Source of the DNA: Octopus sinensis
Taxonomy: Eukaryota
DNA: 64,000 nucleotides
Direction of reading: 5' to 3'
Assembly: GCF_006345805.1 (NCBI RefSeq)
Contig: NC_043009.1
Location: forward strand, 21,948,001-22,012,000
The first letter of the stretch is position 1, and each line of letters begins with the position of its first letter. The notes under the pieces are model-generated. The model saw only the letters and a program-made list of their open reading frames with translations. It had not been told where the DNA came from and made no database searches. Shown piece after piece: positions 1 to 14,633 of the stretch. The position numbers were made by a program, and so were the translations under genes.

Positions 1-801
1 TAGTTGTTCAGTACAATTGTTTCATACGAAGAACAGATTTATTAAAAGCTGCAAATATTGCAGCAAATACAAGTGTCCCGTATTCATCAGCCAAAACACA
101 TATGAGTTTTCCAAACATCCTAGGGGGTGAGGCTACACTCATGAAGTATCGAAGAGAGTTCTATGAAAAGCAAAGTTAGATTGTAAGCAGACTTAAATGT
201 TCTCTAATGATGCACACTTTTATAAAAGGTTTTTAAAAAAGTTTGTTAGCTTCACAGAAAAGGTAAATCCGTCTATAATAATGCAGGTGTAATTTCCAGA
301 GATATGAGGAGAGATTTTATTCTCAGAGAAGATGAATGTATCCATAATAATGTAGATGTAATTTCCTGATATATGAGGAGAAGATGTTGATCACACTTCT
401 ATTCATTTCACAAAACTACTATGTTGGAAGAAGAGATTGGCTATATTGGCTAAAAGAAGTCGCAAAAGAAGTCAGTGAAGCAGAAACGGCCCAAATAAGG
501 ACATTATGGGAGGAAGGGGGTGTAAGTACACAACCTACAAAGTTTAGTTTATTTCTGTGGTGACAGAAAATCTAGGTCAGTGTTGCAGGAATCTAAGATT
601 TATAATTTATAAGAGAAAATTATTTTTGACCATCATACAGCTATTAACTGCCACTCCTACAGAGTTAATGGCGGGTTAAAGAATATAAAGAGAACAAAAG
701 AAAGTATCAAAGCAAGCACTAAATCCGGAGAGGTCTGCTCGGGACTTAGTGCTTGCTTTTTCCATGGGTATGAGTAAGTATTTCATATATATCTCACATA
801 T

Positions 802-862
802 TTATCGCTGAAGAAGGGAAAATTCTTATGAATTAACCCCGAAATTGGGACCAATACGGTAA
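802..862 (+). ncRNA. Type I hammerhead ribozyme motif, probably of Penelope-like/retrozyme origin
   Basis: Stem I TTATCG(802-807)/CGGTAA(857-862); core CTGAAGA 808-814 plus extra A815; stem II GGG/CCC with inner AATTC-ttat-GAATT hairpin (816-840); GAAA 841-844; stem III ATTGG/CCAAT; AUA triplet, predicted cut after 856. Confidence 0.8.
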
Positions 863-1089
863 TAACAGATTTTTTAGAAATTTCTATTGGCTTATTTCGA
901 GACGCATAAATTATAATGGTGATTGACAATTTTGTCTTTTTTTCGGCATATTTGGCATTAGAATTTTTCTTTTGCCCTAATTTTTTAAATTATTTATAAA
1001 TTTAACCTTTAAAGGTATTTTTTGATATGCTGGCCATTGATAACATTTTTTTCTCTGAAAAATAAAAAAATTTTATCCTACATTAGTTA

Positions 1090-1162
<73 letters not shown>

Positions 1163-1195
1163 ATGTATGTATGTATATATATGTATATATATATA

Positions 1196-1354
1196 TACGA
1201 CAGGCTTCTTTCAGTTTCCATCTACGAAATCCGCTCACAAGGCTTTGGTCAGCCCGAGTGGGACTGAACCCAGAACAATGTGGTTTGTAAGCAGCTACTT
1301 ACCACACAGCTACTCCTGCACCTATGTATATATACATACACACACACACATGTA

Positions 1355-1393
<39 letters not shown>

Positions 1394-1697
1394 GACAGAA
1401 TATAGAGAATGACCAACACTGCTTGTTTGACAGTGACATTCATTTACAACTATCATGTGATATCATGACAAGGAGACACAAACACACACACACATATACA
1501 TACATACATGTATGTATGTGTGGGTTGTATGTACAATGGGATTCTTTCAGTTTCCATCTACCAAATCCACTCACAAGGCTTTGGTTGGCCCGAGGCTATA
1601 GTAGAAGACACTTGCCCAAGGTGCCACGCAGTGGGACTGAACCTGGAACCATGTGGTCGGTAAGCAAGCTACTTTCCACACAACCACTCCTGTGCCT
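1196..1697 (-). mobile_element. Two fragments (1196-1325, 1541-1697) of tRNA-derived SINE family A
   Basis: Reverse complement of the head GGAGTGGCTGTGTGGTAAGTAGCTTGC...GGTTCAGTCCCACTGCGTGGCACC, seen in fuller copies at 20939 and 55127. Confidence 0.85.
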
Positions 1698-1858
1698 ATT
1701 TATATCAGTTTGTATATCACTTTATATTTATATACTTGTTTATATCAGTTTAAAATTTTACCTGAAGATTGTGGTATATATGTTATGATTTAATCTGTGA
1801 ATGCATCAATAAAATTCTACCAGAGCAGCTGTTGTAAATTTTAAACCCTATTTGTGTC

Positions 1859-1894
<36 letters not shown>

Positions 1895-1929
1895 AAATAT
1901 GCCAGAGTGGAAAACCTTGTTCAACTGAC

Positions 1930-2058
1930 CTTTATTGTTTTCATTTTTGAACTTGGGACAAGTTTCACAACAGATCCTTTCAATGTCTCGTTGGTAACAT
2001 GTGGTAGGCTTAATGTATTTACAGTGAGGTGACATATCACCAAATTCACAACCTGGTG
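1930..2058 (-). CDS. Host gene exon: PLAC-like Cys module 3 (xPGCEFGDMSPHCKYIKPTTCYQRDIERICCETCPKFKNENNKG)
   Basis: Acceptor tttcttttttAG (alternative in-frame CAG 6 nt downstream, start 2052); donor GTCAGT at 1929; 129 nt, phase 1-1; same six-Cys spacing as the exons at 9443 and 10367. Confidence 0.9.
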
Positions 2059-2113
2059 CTAAAAAAGAAATATACAACATCAATTGTAATTGAGGCAAGT
2101 ATTTAATTACAAT

Positions 2114-2366
2114 GTGGAGGTGTGTGGCTTAGTGGTTAGGGTGTCAGCATCATGATCGTAAAATTATGGCTTCTATTCCTGGACTGGGCGACACGTTGTG
2201 TTCTGGAGGAAAACACTTCATTTCACATTGCTCCAGTCCACTCAGCTGGCAAAAAGGAATAACGCTGCGATGGACTGGCGTCCCGTCCAGCTGGGAAACA
2301 CATACGCCATTGAAACTGGGAAACCGGGCCCATGAGCCTGGCTAGGATTTAAAAGGGCGCATTTAA
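2114..2366 (+). mobile_element. tRNA-derived SINE family C
   Basis: Box A-like TGGCTTAGTGGTTAGG head; tail CCGGGCCCATGAGCCTGGCTAGG...AAAAGGGCGCAT shared with the copy at 17180-17455. Confidence 0.8.
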
Positions 2367-2370
2367 ACAT

Positions 2371-2628
2371 GGAAACATGGGTGTTTTGTTTGAATTCTTA
2401 TTCAGGGACCTTTTGTGCAGGATGGGCTACTTGACCCTAAAAAATTCTAACTGGGCCCCACCTGCAAGTAATGTGCTGTTTATCCTGATGTGAGATCGGC
2501 ACGTCAAGTACACATGGTTGTGATGCATGTGCCTGGTGTACCCTTATCAGGCAGGTAGTCATGATTGGCATATTGGGGTTTGTATATTTGTACCCCAGTG
2601 CCACTTTGATGGCATGTGCTGCTTTCAC
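2371..2628 (+). mobile_element. Partial copy of a ~550-bp TAA-flanked non-autonomous repeat
   Basis: Near-identical to 14061-14318 and the reverse complement of part of 54117-54664. Confidence 0.8.
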
Positions 2629-2877
2629 AGAAATATACAACATCAATCGTAATTGAGGCAAGTATTTAATTACAATAAACTATTGCAATTAGCTATAGCT
2701 GTTATTGAGTTTTAATTAGCCTCAGGTCAGATTGGATCAAGCAGTTTAAACCCAGATCAGTCTGGATCAAGCAGATTAGCTAGGATATTTAGGAAGGTAC
2801 ATGGCATCCAAGGTTACTTGCTGTAGCCCAATGTTAATCTGTTGTTCATAAATGAAATAATAATAATAATCCTCAAA

Positions 2878-3058
2878 TAGTGGGGAAGGGATTAAGTCAA
2901 TTACATCGACCCCAGTTCATAACTGATACTTATTTAATCGACCCCGAAAGGATGAAAGGCAAAGTCGACCTCAGTGGAATTTGAACTCTGAATGTAGCAA
3001 TAGGTGAAATACCACTAAGCATTTTATCCAGCATGCTAATGACTGTCAGCTCACCGCT
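2878..3058 (-). mobile_element. SINE family B copy
   Basis: Reverse complement of GAGTTCAAATTCC..GAGGTCGACTTTGCCTTTCATCCTTTCGGGGTCGATAAA motif shared with 63197-63794. Confidence 0.8.
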
Positions 3059-3151
3059 TTATTATTATTAAAAAACTCATTGTTTGAAACTGCAAGACTT
3101 TTTGAAGCATGATCAGTAAAAAAGGCTGAGAGTTTACATCAGAATAATAAC

Positions 3152-3222
<71 letters not shown>

Positions 3223-3252
3223 TAATAATGATAATAATAATAATAATAATAA

Positions 3253-3789
3253 TTCAAACTGACAGAAAGATAGATGCGAATAGGCCAGACATCATATTGA
3301 AAGACTTCAGACAAAAAACATGCCTCCTCATTGATATGACTGTCCCAATCAATATAAACGTATCTGTCAAGACCTACCAAAAACTGAGCAAATATAAAGA
3401 TCTTGAAATAGAAATAAGCAAAATGTGGAATCTGAAGACTAAAACAATACCTGTTGTCATAGGTGCCCTGGGAATGATAGCAAAAGGGGCTGATTGCTAC
3501 CTAACTCAGATACCAGGAGACCCAAAAATAAAAGAAATTCAAAAGATAGTGCTCATGGGAACTGCTCATATCCTACACAAAATACTTCCTATGTAATCTC
3601 AAATTTTAAGACAAACATAATTTTCGTATGGTGTTTTAGACATTCACTAGTACAATACTAAGTACAAAACCAAATATATGGTGCCCTAGACATAACACCA
3701 ACATGAACTTCCAACTTGTCTTTTGAGATCTCTGGGTGAGACTTGGAGCCAACTTGTACACTTGTACAAATGTAAAGCAAAAGTCAAAC

Positions 3790-3805
<16 letters not shown>
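3253..3805 (+). mobile_element. 5'-truncated R4/Dong-clade non-LTR retrotransposon (subfamily A), RLE C-terminus and 3' UTR
   Basis: QTDRKIDANRPDIILKD...LIDMTVP...KLSKYKDL restriction-like endonuclease motifs; (TAA)n on both sides. Confidence 0.9.
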
Positions 3806-3836
<31 letters not shown>

Positions 3837-3919
3837 GTAATAATAATGATGATGATGATGATGATGATAATAATTAAGGCCAATATGTCAGAGATCATGA
3901 AGAAGAAAAGTACTTTCTA

Positions 3920-5785
<1,866 letters not shown>

Positions 5786-5795
5786 AATAATAATG

Positions 5796-5863
<68 letters not shown>

Positions 5864-8800
5864 TAAAACCTGATTTTACTGAGTTAAATGAAATTATTTA
5901 CGCTTCTGCTAGGGCAATTGAAACCAGCTGTATGCCCCCGAAAAAACAAAGAAAACAAAACCTGGGAAGAAATCAAACCTGGAGAAGTAAAATTGAAAAA
6001 GAGATTGAATTTATGAGAGGGGAAATATCAATATTAAATGAACTAATATGTGGAAATGATGTAAGATCCAGAACAGGAAGAAAGATGAAGAGAAAATTTG
6101 GATCCTCACCAAGAGAAGAACTGATATCAATAAAAGAAACGCTGAAACAAAAAGTCCAAGCAAAAGCCCAAAGAATACGAAGATTTGAGAAGAGAAACAA
6201 GTTTTACAAGCAAAATAAGCTGTTCACATCCAATGCCAAAAATTCTACAGAGAAATAGGGAAGGAGAAAGTAGTTCAAAACTTTTGGAAAAGGATTTGGA
6301 GTGACAAGAAGACGTACAACATAAATGCAGACTGGATTATACAAACTGAAGGATCCTACCAAAATTTACAACAACAAGCATGGGAAGACATCACAATAGC
6401 AGACCTAAGAAAGGCACTCACGAAGGCCCATAATTGGAAATCCCTCGGTAAAGATAGGGTGCCGAATTTCTGGCTCGCATCGCTCCCATGCGCACACGGT
6501 AAGCTAGTTCAGCTGCTCAATGGAATTATGAGAGACCCAAAGAAAATACCTGAATGGTTAGCAAGTGGCATTACTTACCTACTCCCAAAAAATAACGAAA
6601 CCAACCTTCCAAAAAACTATCGGCCTATAACCTGTCTATCCACCACGTATAAAATCCTAACATCTATCCTGGCGGAGAAAACATATGCATTCATGGAGAA
6701 GAACGATATTTTCCCCATTGAACAAAAAGGGTGCCGCCGAGGCTCTTACGGATGCAAAGATCAACTGCTAATCAATCGTATGATCCTTGAGAACTGTCAC
6801 AACAAGCGCAGAAATCTCAGCACCGCATGGATTGACTATAAAAAGGCCTTCGACAGTATACCGCATCCATGGATCTTGAGATCGCTGGACATTTTCAAAA
6901 TTTCCCCTGTGATTTCAAACTTCCTGAAGCACAATATGTCATTGTGGAATACGAATCTCCAATTATACCACTCTAATGGAGTACTTGCCTCAGAAAATAT
7001 AAACATCAACTGTGGAATTTTTCAAGGTGACTCACTTTCACCTTTAATATTCTGCATAGCCCTAATACCCCTTACAAGTGAATTAAACAGAACAGGGTAT
7101 GGGTATAAAATTGCCAATAAAAAAATAAGCCATCTATTTTATATGGATGACTTAAAACTTTATGGTAAAGACAATAATGAACTTGAAGGCCTATTGCGCA
7201 CCGTGAAAGCATTCAGCGATGACATCGGGATGGAGTTTGGACTTGAGAAGTGTGCCAAGGCCACTTTCCAGAAAGGGAAAGTGAAGACCACAAATTCAGT
7301 CGTGTTAGATGTTGACACAGTCATAAGAGAGCTTGAGCAAGAACAAAAATACAAATATTTAGGGATAAATGAAGGCTCTGGTATTCAGCATGCAAGCATG
7401 AAAGAGAAAATCAGGAAGGAATGTTATAGGAGAGTTTGTGCAGTCCTGAAATCTGAACTAAATGCACGTAACAAGGTGTTAGCTATAAATTCCTTAGCAG
7501 TTCCAGTTGTTACTTATAGCTACAATGTGTTGAACTGGAATATGAGTGAAGTAAAGAATATAGATAGGAAAGTACGCAAGCTGCTGAGTTGTAATAGGAT
7601 GCACCACCCAAAGGCAGACGTAGATCGCCTTTACCTTCCCAGAGCCCAAGGAGGTCGAGGCCTGATCCAATTTGAACTAGCTTACAAAACAACCACAATT
7701 GGACTGGCCAAATATCTCGAAATATCGAATGACTGGATGCTAAAGCTCGTGGAAAATACACGAGAGACGAAAGAAGCTTCATTCTATCATAAAGGAAAGC
7801 AAAAAATTTGCTATTGATCTCGTGCAGGATACCCAAACTGAACAACCTGAGGGAAGTACGGCAACTATTGTTGCAAAGAAGGTGAAAATGATGGCAATGA
7901 AAAAAGCGCACGAGCAATTGGCTGATAGGTGGGAGGAGAAACCTCTGCACGGCAAATATGTGACCCGCAGCAAACAAGCTGATGTTGACCAGAAGCAAAC
8001 CCATCAGTGGCTACGGAGCTCAGGGCTAAAAGCAGAGAGCAAAGGTTTCATCCTGGCTGCTCAAGATCAAAGCCTATTAACTCGGAACTACCAGGCCAAT
8101 GTGATGAAAAATGGAGCAGACCCAAAATGCCGATTCTGCAACGACATGATTGAAACAGTAGACCACCTAATCTCTGGATGTAAAGTCTTAGCACCAGTGG
8201 AGTATAAATTAAGACATGACAGAGTTGGCCAATATCTCCACTGGCTAATAAGTCGGCATTACAATATCAAAACTGCCGACAAGTGGTATAATCACCACCT
8301 GAGGCTGTAACTGGAGGAGAAAATGTAACCATTCTGTGGGACTTTCCAGTACATACAGACCGAACCATCAAGGCCAATAAACCAGATATTGTTGTGAAAG
8401 ACCAAAACAATAAAGTTTGCTTATTGATCGACATGAGCATCCCCTGTGATCATAATATCTCAGCGAAAGAGTTTGACAAGCTCAGAAAATATAAAGACCT
8501 ACTCATTGAAATTGAGAAAATGTGGCATCTCAAGGCGGTTACAATACCAGTGATCGTAGGAGCACTAGGAATGATTAAGAAGGGAACCGAAAATTATATG
8601 AGAATGATCCCTGGCTTACCATCCCTGCAAGAAGTGCAAAAGATTGTCTTAACTGGTACATCACACGTATTGAGAAGAGCATTGTCAATGAGAACTGTTG
8701 CTGCTCATGTATTTTAATTTAACTTAAAAAAAAAAAAAAAAAAAAAATGAATGAACTACTGAGTTTGGTTTAATGGCCTACCAATGAGTTTCTTTGCCCT

Positions 8801-8870
8801 AGGAGTCGGGAAGACACTCGGCAAGAAATGATAGCAAATTTGAAAGAAGAAGAAAAAAAAAGTAATAATA
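5864..8870 (+). mobile_element. ~3-kb 5'-truncated R4/Dong element (subfamily B), RT plus RLE, disrupted
   Basis: RT motifs NYRPITCLST, EQKGCRRG, WIDYKKAFDS, GIFQGDSLSP, LFYMDDLKL, YKYLG (6459-7817); CRFC..ETVDHLISGC; LLIDMSIP; broken by stops and frameshifts; TAA flanks. Confidence 0.93.
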
Positions 8871-8892
8871 ATAATAATAATAATAATAAATG

Positions 8893-9362
8893 TGGCATGG
8901 TGGTGATTTAATGGCCTATCTATGAGTTTCTTTGCCCTAGGAGTCGGGAAGACACTCGGCAAGAAATGATAGCAAATTTGAAAGAAGAAGAAAAAAAAAG
9001 TAATAATAATAATAATAATAATAATAAATGTGGCATCTCAAGGTGACTACAGTACCAGTGATTGTAGGATCTCTAGGAATGATAAAAAAAAAGTACTGAA
9101 ACCTATTTAAAAATGATACCGGGCTTACCATCCCTGCAAGAAGTGCAAAAGATTGTCTTAACTGGTACATCACACGTATTGAGAAGAGCATTGTCAATGA
9201 GAACTGTTGCTGCTCATGTATTTTAATTTAACTTAAAAAAAAAAAAAAATGAATGAACTACTGAGTTTGGTTTAATGGCCTACCAATGAGTTTCTTTGCC
9301 CTAGGAGTCGGAAGACACTCGGCAAGAAATGATAGCAAATTTGAAAGAAGAAGAAAAAAAAG
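8893..9362 (+). mobile_element. Two further short 3'-end copies of Dong subfamily B (8893-9000, 9029-9362)
   Basis: Repeat the 3' UTR GGCCTACCAATGAGTTTCTTTGCCCTAGGAGTCGG...GAAAGAAGAAGAAAAAAAAAG, each followed by (TAA)n. Confidence 0.85.
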
Positions 9363-9364
9363 TA

Positions 9365-9420
<56 letters not shown>

Positions 9421-9442
9421 GATACAAGCCAAGTTAACTTAC

Positions 9443-9574
9443 TTTGGATTGCACTGTTCAGTTTCTTCTTGTGATTTTTGCATGCTTCACAGCAGATTGC
9501 TCTATTGTAGTGTTCATAACATTGGTAACCAGGAAGGTTTTTACACTGTGAACTGTGATCTCCATATTCACATC
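9443..9574 (-). CDS. Host gene exon: PLAC-like Cys module 2 (GCEYGDHSSQCKNLPGYQCYEHYNRAICCEACKNHKKKLNSAIQ)
   Basis: Acceptor tttctttctttgagttAG, donor GTAAGT; 132 nt, phase 1-1, open frame; not in the ORF track. Confidence 0.92.
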
Positions 9575-9951
9575 CTAACTCAAAGAAAGAAACTCACTTA
9601 GGTATTATATGAATATCCCTGTGATGTGTGTGTGTGTGTGTGTGTGTGGTTACATTTATTTAGTTATCTCTGTTCTGTCTGACTGAACAAATAGTTTTCT
9701 AGTTAAGACGCTGTATGATTTAAACAGTGCTTCCTCATATCAGCAGTACCTAATGTGACATTTCCTTTGTGAAACAGGAGAGTGAGATTTGAGGAAGATT
9801 TGGTTGCTATTTCTAGCAGACTGAGTGACAACGTCTCCCTAGACATTACTGTCTCAAGTCTCAGGGCTCATAGAACCAGTTAACCAGTTTACATGGTCTA
9901 TAAATAACCAAGTGTTTGTGTGTGTGTATGTGTGTGTGGTGTGTGTGTGTG

Positions 9952-10004
<53 letters not shown>

Positions 10005-10366
10005 CACGTGTGTGTATACATGTATATATTTAGATATATACATGTATAATGCTTAGATATTGCTTAGATATTGGTGTGTGTATGTGTCTGTATACATGTA
10101 TATACTTATATACATACATGTATAATTCTTAGATATTGGTGTGTGTGTGTGTGTGTGTGCATGCATGCGTGTGTATGTGTGTGCATGTGTGTGTATACAT
10201 GTATACACACACATGCACATATATACATGTATAATGCTTAGATATTACTTAGATATTGGTGTGTGTGTGTGTATGTCTGTATACACGTATATACTTATAT
10301 ACATACATGTATAATTCTTAGATACTGCTTAGATATTGGTGTGTGTGTGTAGTTAATTCATCTTAC

Positions 10367-10520
10367 CTATTTCTGCTCTGTTTTTCATTTGATGACATTT
10401 TTCGCAACAAGATTTGTAATAATGTTCATAGGTGTAACATAAGTGGCTGCCAAAACGGTCAATGGCATCAGGACATAGTAACCCATTGATAAGAATTGGA
10501 GCATCAATCTCAGGACAGAC
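10367..10520 (-). CDS. Host gene exon: PLAC-like Cys module 1 (VCPEIDAPILINGLLCPDAIDRFGSHLCYTYEHYYKSCCEKCHQMKNRAEIG)
   Basis: Acceptor ttctattcctccgtAG, donor GTAAGA; 154 nt, phase 0-1; joins in frame to 9574 (G|GA TGT). Confidence 0.92.
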
Positions 10521-10849
10521 CTACGGAGGAATAGAACAAAGCAAAACAATATATACACAGAGGATTGTACATGCAAAATTTATAACTAATGAAAATTCCA
10601 CAGAATGAAAAAAATTAAGAGGACATATTGAAGAGAGAAAAAATGTTTTGTTTTTTGTAGCATCCATAGTTAAGCTTTCTTTATTCTTGATGTTTGTCTA
10701 CATTCATTTCCTCACATCTCTCTGTTGGTGTTGCCTTTTTTCTCTCTTTATTATATCTTCTTGCTGTTCCTCTCTAATCCATGCTTTATATCTGCGCATC
10801 CTTTCTTGGGCAGCTTGCAATTGTGTTTCTTGTGAATCCATAGTTTAGG

Positions 10850-11923
10850 CTAAATTAAACCTTATGAACAAATATTGATTTTTTTAATCGAGCAAGCAAT
10901 AAATAATTGCACTTATGCTGCCAATATCAACAGAGCATAGGGAGAGGGGTCCACAGTACAAAGGTGGTTTCAGAAATTCCATAGTGGTGATGAGAGCCTT
11001 GAAGATGCAGAAGGTAGAGGATGGTCATGCAGTCTTGCCAATGAACAATTGAAAGCAATTGTTGAACAAAACCCACATCAAAGTGTCAGAGAAATGTCTC
11101 AGGCACTTGGTGTCAGTATTGCAACGGTCTCACGCAATCAGCAGAAGATTGGTAAGGTGAAAAAGCTCGATAAACGGGTACCGCATGAGCTCAATGAATA
11201 TCAAAAAGTTCAGCATTTTGAAGTGTGCTCAGGGCTCTTTCTGTGAAACACAGATGATCCTTTTCTTCACTGAACAGTCATTTGTGATGAAAAGTGAATC
11301 CTTTATGATAACTGTAAATGATAAGGTCAACAGCTTGATCGTGATGAGTCCCCCAAACATTTCCCAAAGCCGAAGTTGCATCAGCAAAAGATTATGGTGA
11401 CTGGCTGGTGGTCTGCAATTGGTGTTGTCCATTACTACTTTCTGGAAGCCAATCAGAGCATTATAGCAGAGGTTTACTGCAATCAACTCACTGAAATGTA
11501 TGCTCACTTGAAAAAAATGAGATCTGCATTGGTGAATCGGTGTGGCCCAATTCTGCTCCATGATAATGCAAAACCACATGTTGCAAAAATGACACTGCAG
11601 AAACTCACAGACTTGGGATACGAGACTTTACCACATCCTCCATATTCTCCTGATCGTTCACCTACTGACTACCATTTTTAAAGCATTTAAACACATTTTT
11701 AATTGATAAAACTTTCAGGTAAAACCAGAGGTGGAATCAGCTTTCAAAGATTTCTTAGCATCAAAGCCAATAAATTTTTATCAATGAGGCACAAATAATC
11801 TTGTTGATTGATGGCAGAGATGCATAGATGTTCACAGCTCATGACTAATCAAAACATTTCTATTGCTAATTTTTTCAGAGTAAAATTATGTTTCTGAAAT
11901 CGGCCTTTATTTTCGGAACAACC

Positions 11924-11926
<3 letters not shown>
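10850..11926 (+). mobile_element. Degenerate mariner (DD34D-type) transposon, left end missing
   Basis: WFQKFHSGDESLEDAEGRG, VPHELNE, LLHDNAKPH, HPPYSPDRSPTDYH; right TIR CGGCCTTTATTTTCGGAACAACCTAA followed by TA. Confidence 0.9.
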
Positions 11927-11955
<29 letters not shown>

Positions 11956-12021
11956 TAATAATAATAATATAATAATATAATAATAATAATATATAATAAT
12001 AAGAATAATAATATAATAATA

Positions 12022-12059
<38 letters not shown>

Positions 12060-12151
12060 TAATATAATAATATAATAATAATAATAATAATAATAATATA
12101 ATAATAATAATAATCTAATAATAATAATAATAATAATATAATAATAATATA

Positions 12152-12188
<37 letters not shown>

Positions 12189-12371
12189 TAATAATAATAA
12201 TATAATAATAATATATAATAATAATATAATAAAATAATAATATAATATACTAATAATAATAATAATAATATAATAATAATAATAATAATAATAAATAATA
12301 ATATAATAATATAATAATAATAATATATAATAATAATAATAATATAATAATAATAATAATAATAATAATAC

Positions 12372-12442
<71 letters not shown>

Positions 12443-12510
12443 TAATATAATAATAATAATAATAATAATAAGAATAATAATAATAATATATATAATAATA
12501 AATAATAATA

Positions 12511-12560
<50 letters not shown>

Positions 12561-12580
12561 TAATAATAATAATAATAATA

Positions 12581-12648
<68 letters not shown>

Positions 12649-12681
12649 TATATAATAATAATAATAATATAATAATAATAA

Positions 12682-12722
<41 letters not shown>

Positions 12723-12756
12723 TAATAATAATATAATAATAATAATAATAATATAA

Positions 12757-12803
<47 letters not shown>

Positions 12804-12868
12804 TATAAAATAATAATATATAATAATAATAATAATATAATAAGAATAATATAATAATAATAAGAATA

Positions 12869-12906
<38 letters not shown>

Positions 12907-12936
12907 TATAATAATAATATAAGAATAATAATAATA

Positions 12937-13019
<83 letters not shown>

Positions 13020-13167
13020 GATAATAATAATATAATAATAATAATAAGATAATAATAATAATATAATATAATAATAATAATAATATAATAATAATAATAT
13101 AATAATATAATAATAATAATTAATAATAATAATAATAATATAATAATAATAATAATATAATAATATA

Positions 13168-13198
<31 letters not shown>

Positions 13199-13256
13199 TA
13201 ATAATAATATATAATAATATAATATAATAATAATAATAATAATAATAATATAATAA

Positions 13257-13296
<40 letters not shown>

Positions 13297-13298
13297 TA

Positions 13299-13336
<38 letters not shown>

Positions 13337-13338
13337 TA

Positions 13339-13386
<48 letters not shown>

Positions 13387-13502
13387 ATAATAATAATAAT
13401 AATAATATAATAATAATAATAATATAATAAAATAATAATATAATAATAATAATAATAATAATATAATAATAATAATAAATAATAATAATAATAATAATAA
13501 TA

Positions 13503-13541
<39 letters not shown>

Positions 13542-13549
13542 GAATAATA

Positions 13550-13604
<55 letters not shown>

Positions 13605-13675
13605 TAATAATATAATATAATAATAATATAATATAATAATAATAATAATAATAATAATATAAAATAATAATAATA

Positions 13676-13707
<32 letters not shown>

Positions 13708-13727
13708 TAATAATAATAATATAATAC

Positions 13728-13762
<35 letters not shown>

Positions 13763-13770
13763 TAATAATA

Positions 13771-13803
<33 letters not shown>
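11925..13803. repeat. ~1.9-kb imperfect (TAA)n microsatellite array
   Basis: Direct reading; sporadic 1-nt interruptions. Confidence 0.98.
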
Positions 13804-13805
<2 letters not shown>

Positions 13806-14318
13806 CCAGGCAGTGGCTCTTGTGGCTTCTGTTCTTAACTGATTATCATGTACATGTTTTGTTTTGAAAGAAAAGATGGTCTACAACAAATATTCTCTTC
13901 AGTGCCACATATTTGTTTGTCAGTTGTCTGACCTTAATCAGTTGAGCATGTCCCTTAGTAGCTGACAATATGTGCACCTCTGATCATGAGGAGAAGTAAT
14001 GGGGAAGCATCATAGATATGTGCTAAGAGGAATTATTTGGGGTTTGAATAATTCACCTCTGGAAACATGGGTGTTTTGTTTGAATTCTTATTCAGGGACC
14101 TTTTGTGCAGGATGGGCTACTTGACCCTAAAAAATTCTAACTGGGCCCCACCTGCAAGTAATGTGCTGTTTATCCTGATGTGAGATCGGCATGTCAAGTA
14201 CATATAGTTGTGATGCATGTGCCTGGTGTACCCTTATCAGGCAGGTAGTCATGATTGGCATATTGGGGTTTGTATATTTGTACCCCAGTGCCACTTTGAT
14301 GGCATGTGCTGCTTTCAC
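13804..14318 (+). mobile_element. ~515-bp non-autonomous repeat starting directly after (TAA)n
   Basis: Homologous (opposite strand) to 54117-54664; no coding capacity. Confidence 0.8.
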
Positions 14319-14571
14319 AGAAATATACAACATCAATTGTAATTGAGGCAAGTATTTAATTACAATAAATTATTGCAACTAACTATAGCTATTATTGAGT
14401 TTTAATTAGCCCCAGGTCAGCCTGGATCAAGCAGTTTAGTCCAGATCAGTCTGGATCAAGCAGGTTAGCTAGGATATTTAGGAGGGTACTTGGCATCTAA
14501 GGTTACTTATTGTAGCCTGATGTTAGGAATTTTTTACAATGGTCCAATCTGTTGTGCATAAATGAAATAAC

Positions 14572-14631
<60 letters not shown>

Positions 14632-14633
<2 letters not shown>

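Noticed and set aside
640-760. Hairpins upstream of the hammerhead as a possible SECIS element
   Set aside because: No AUGA/GA quartet or apical AA in the required geometry was visible.
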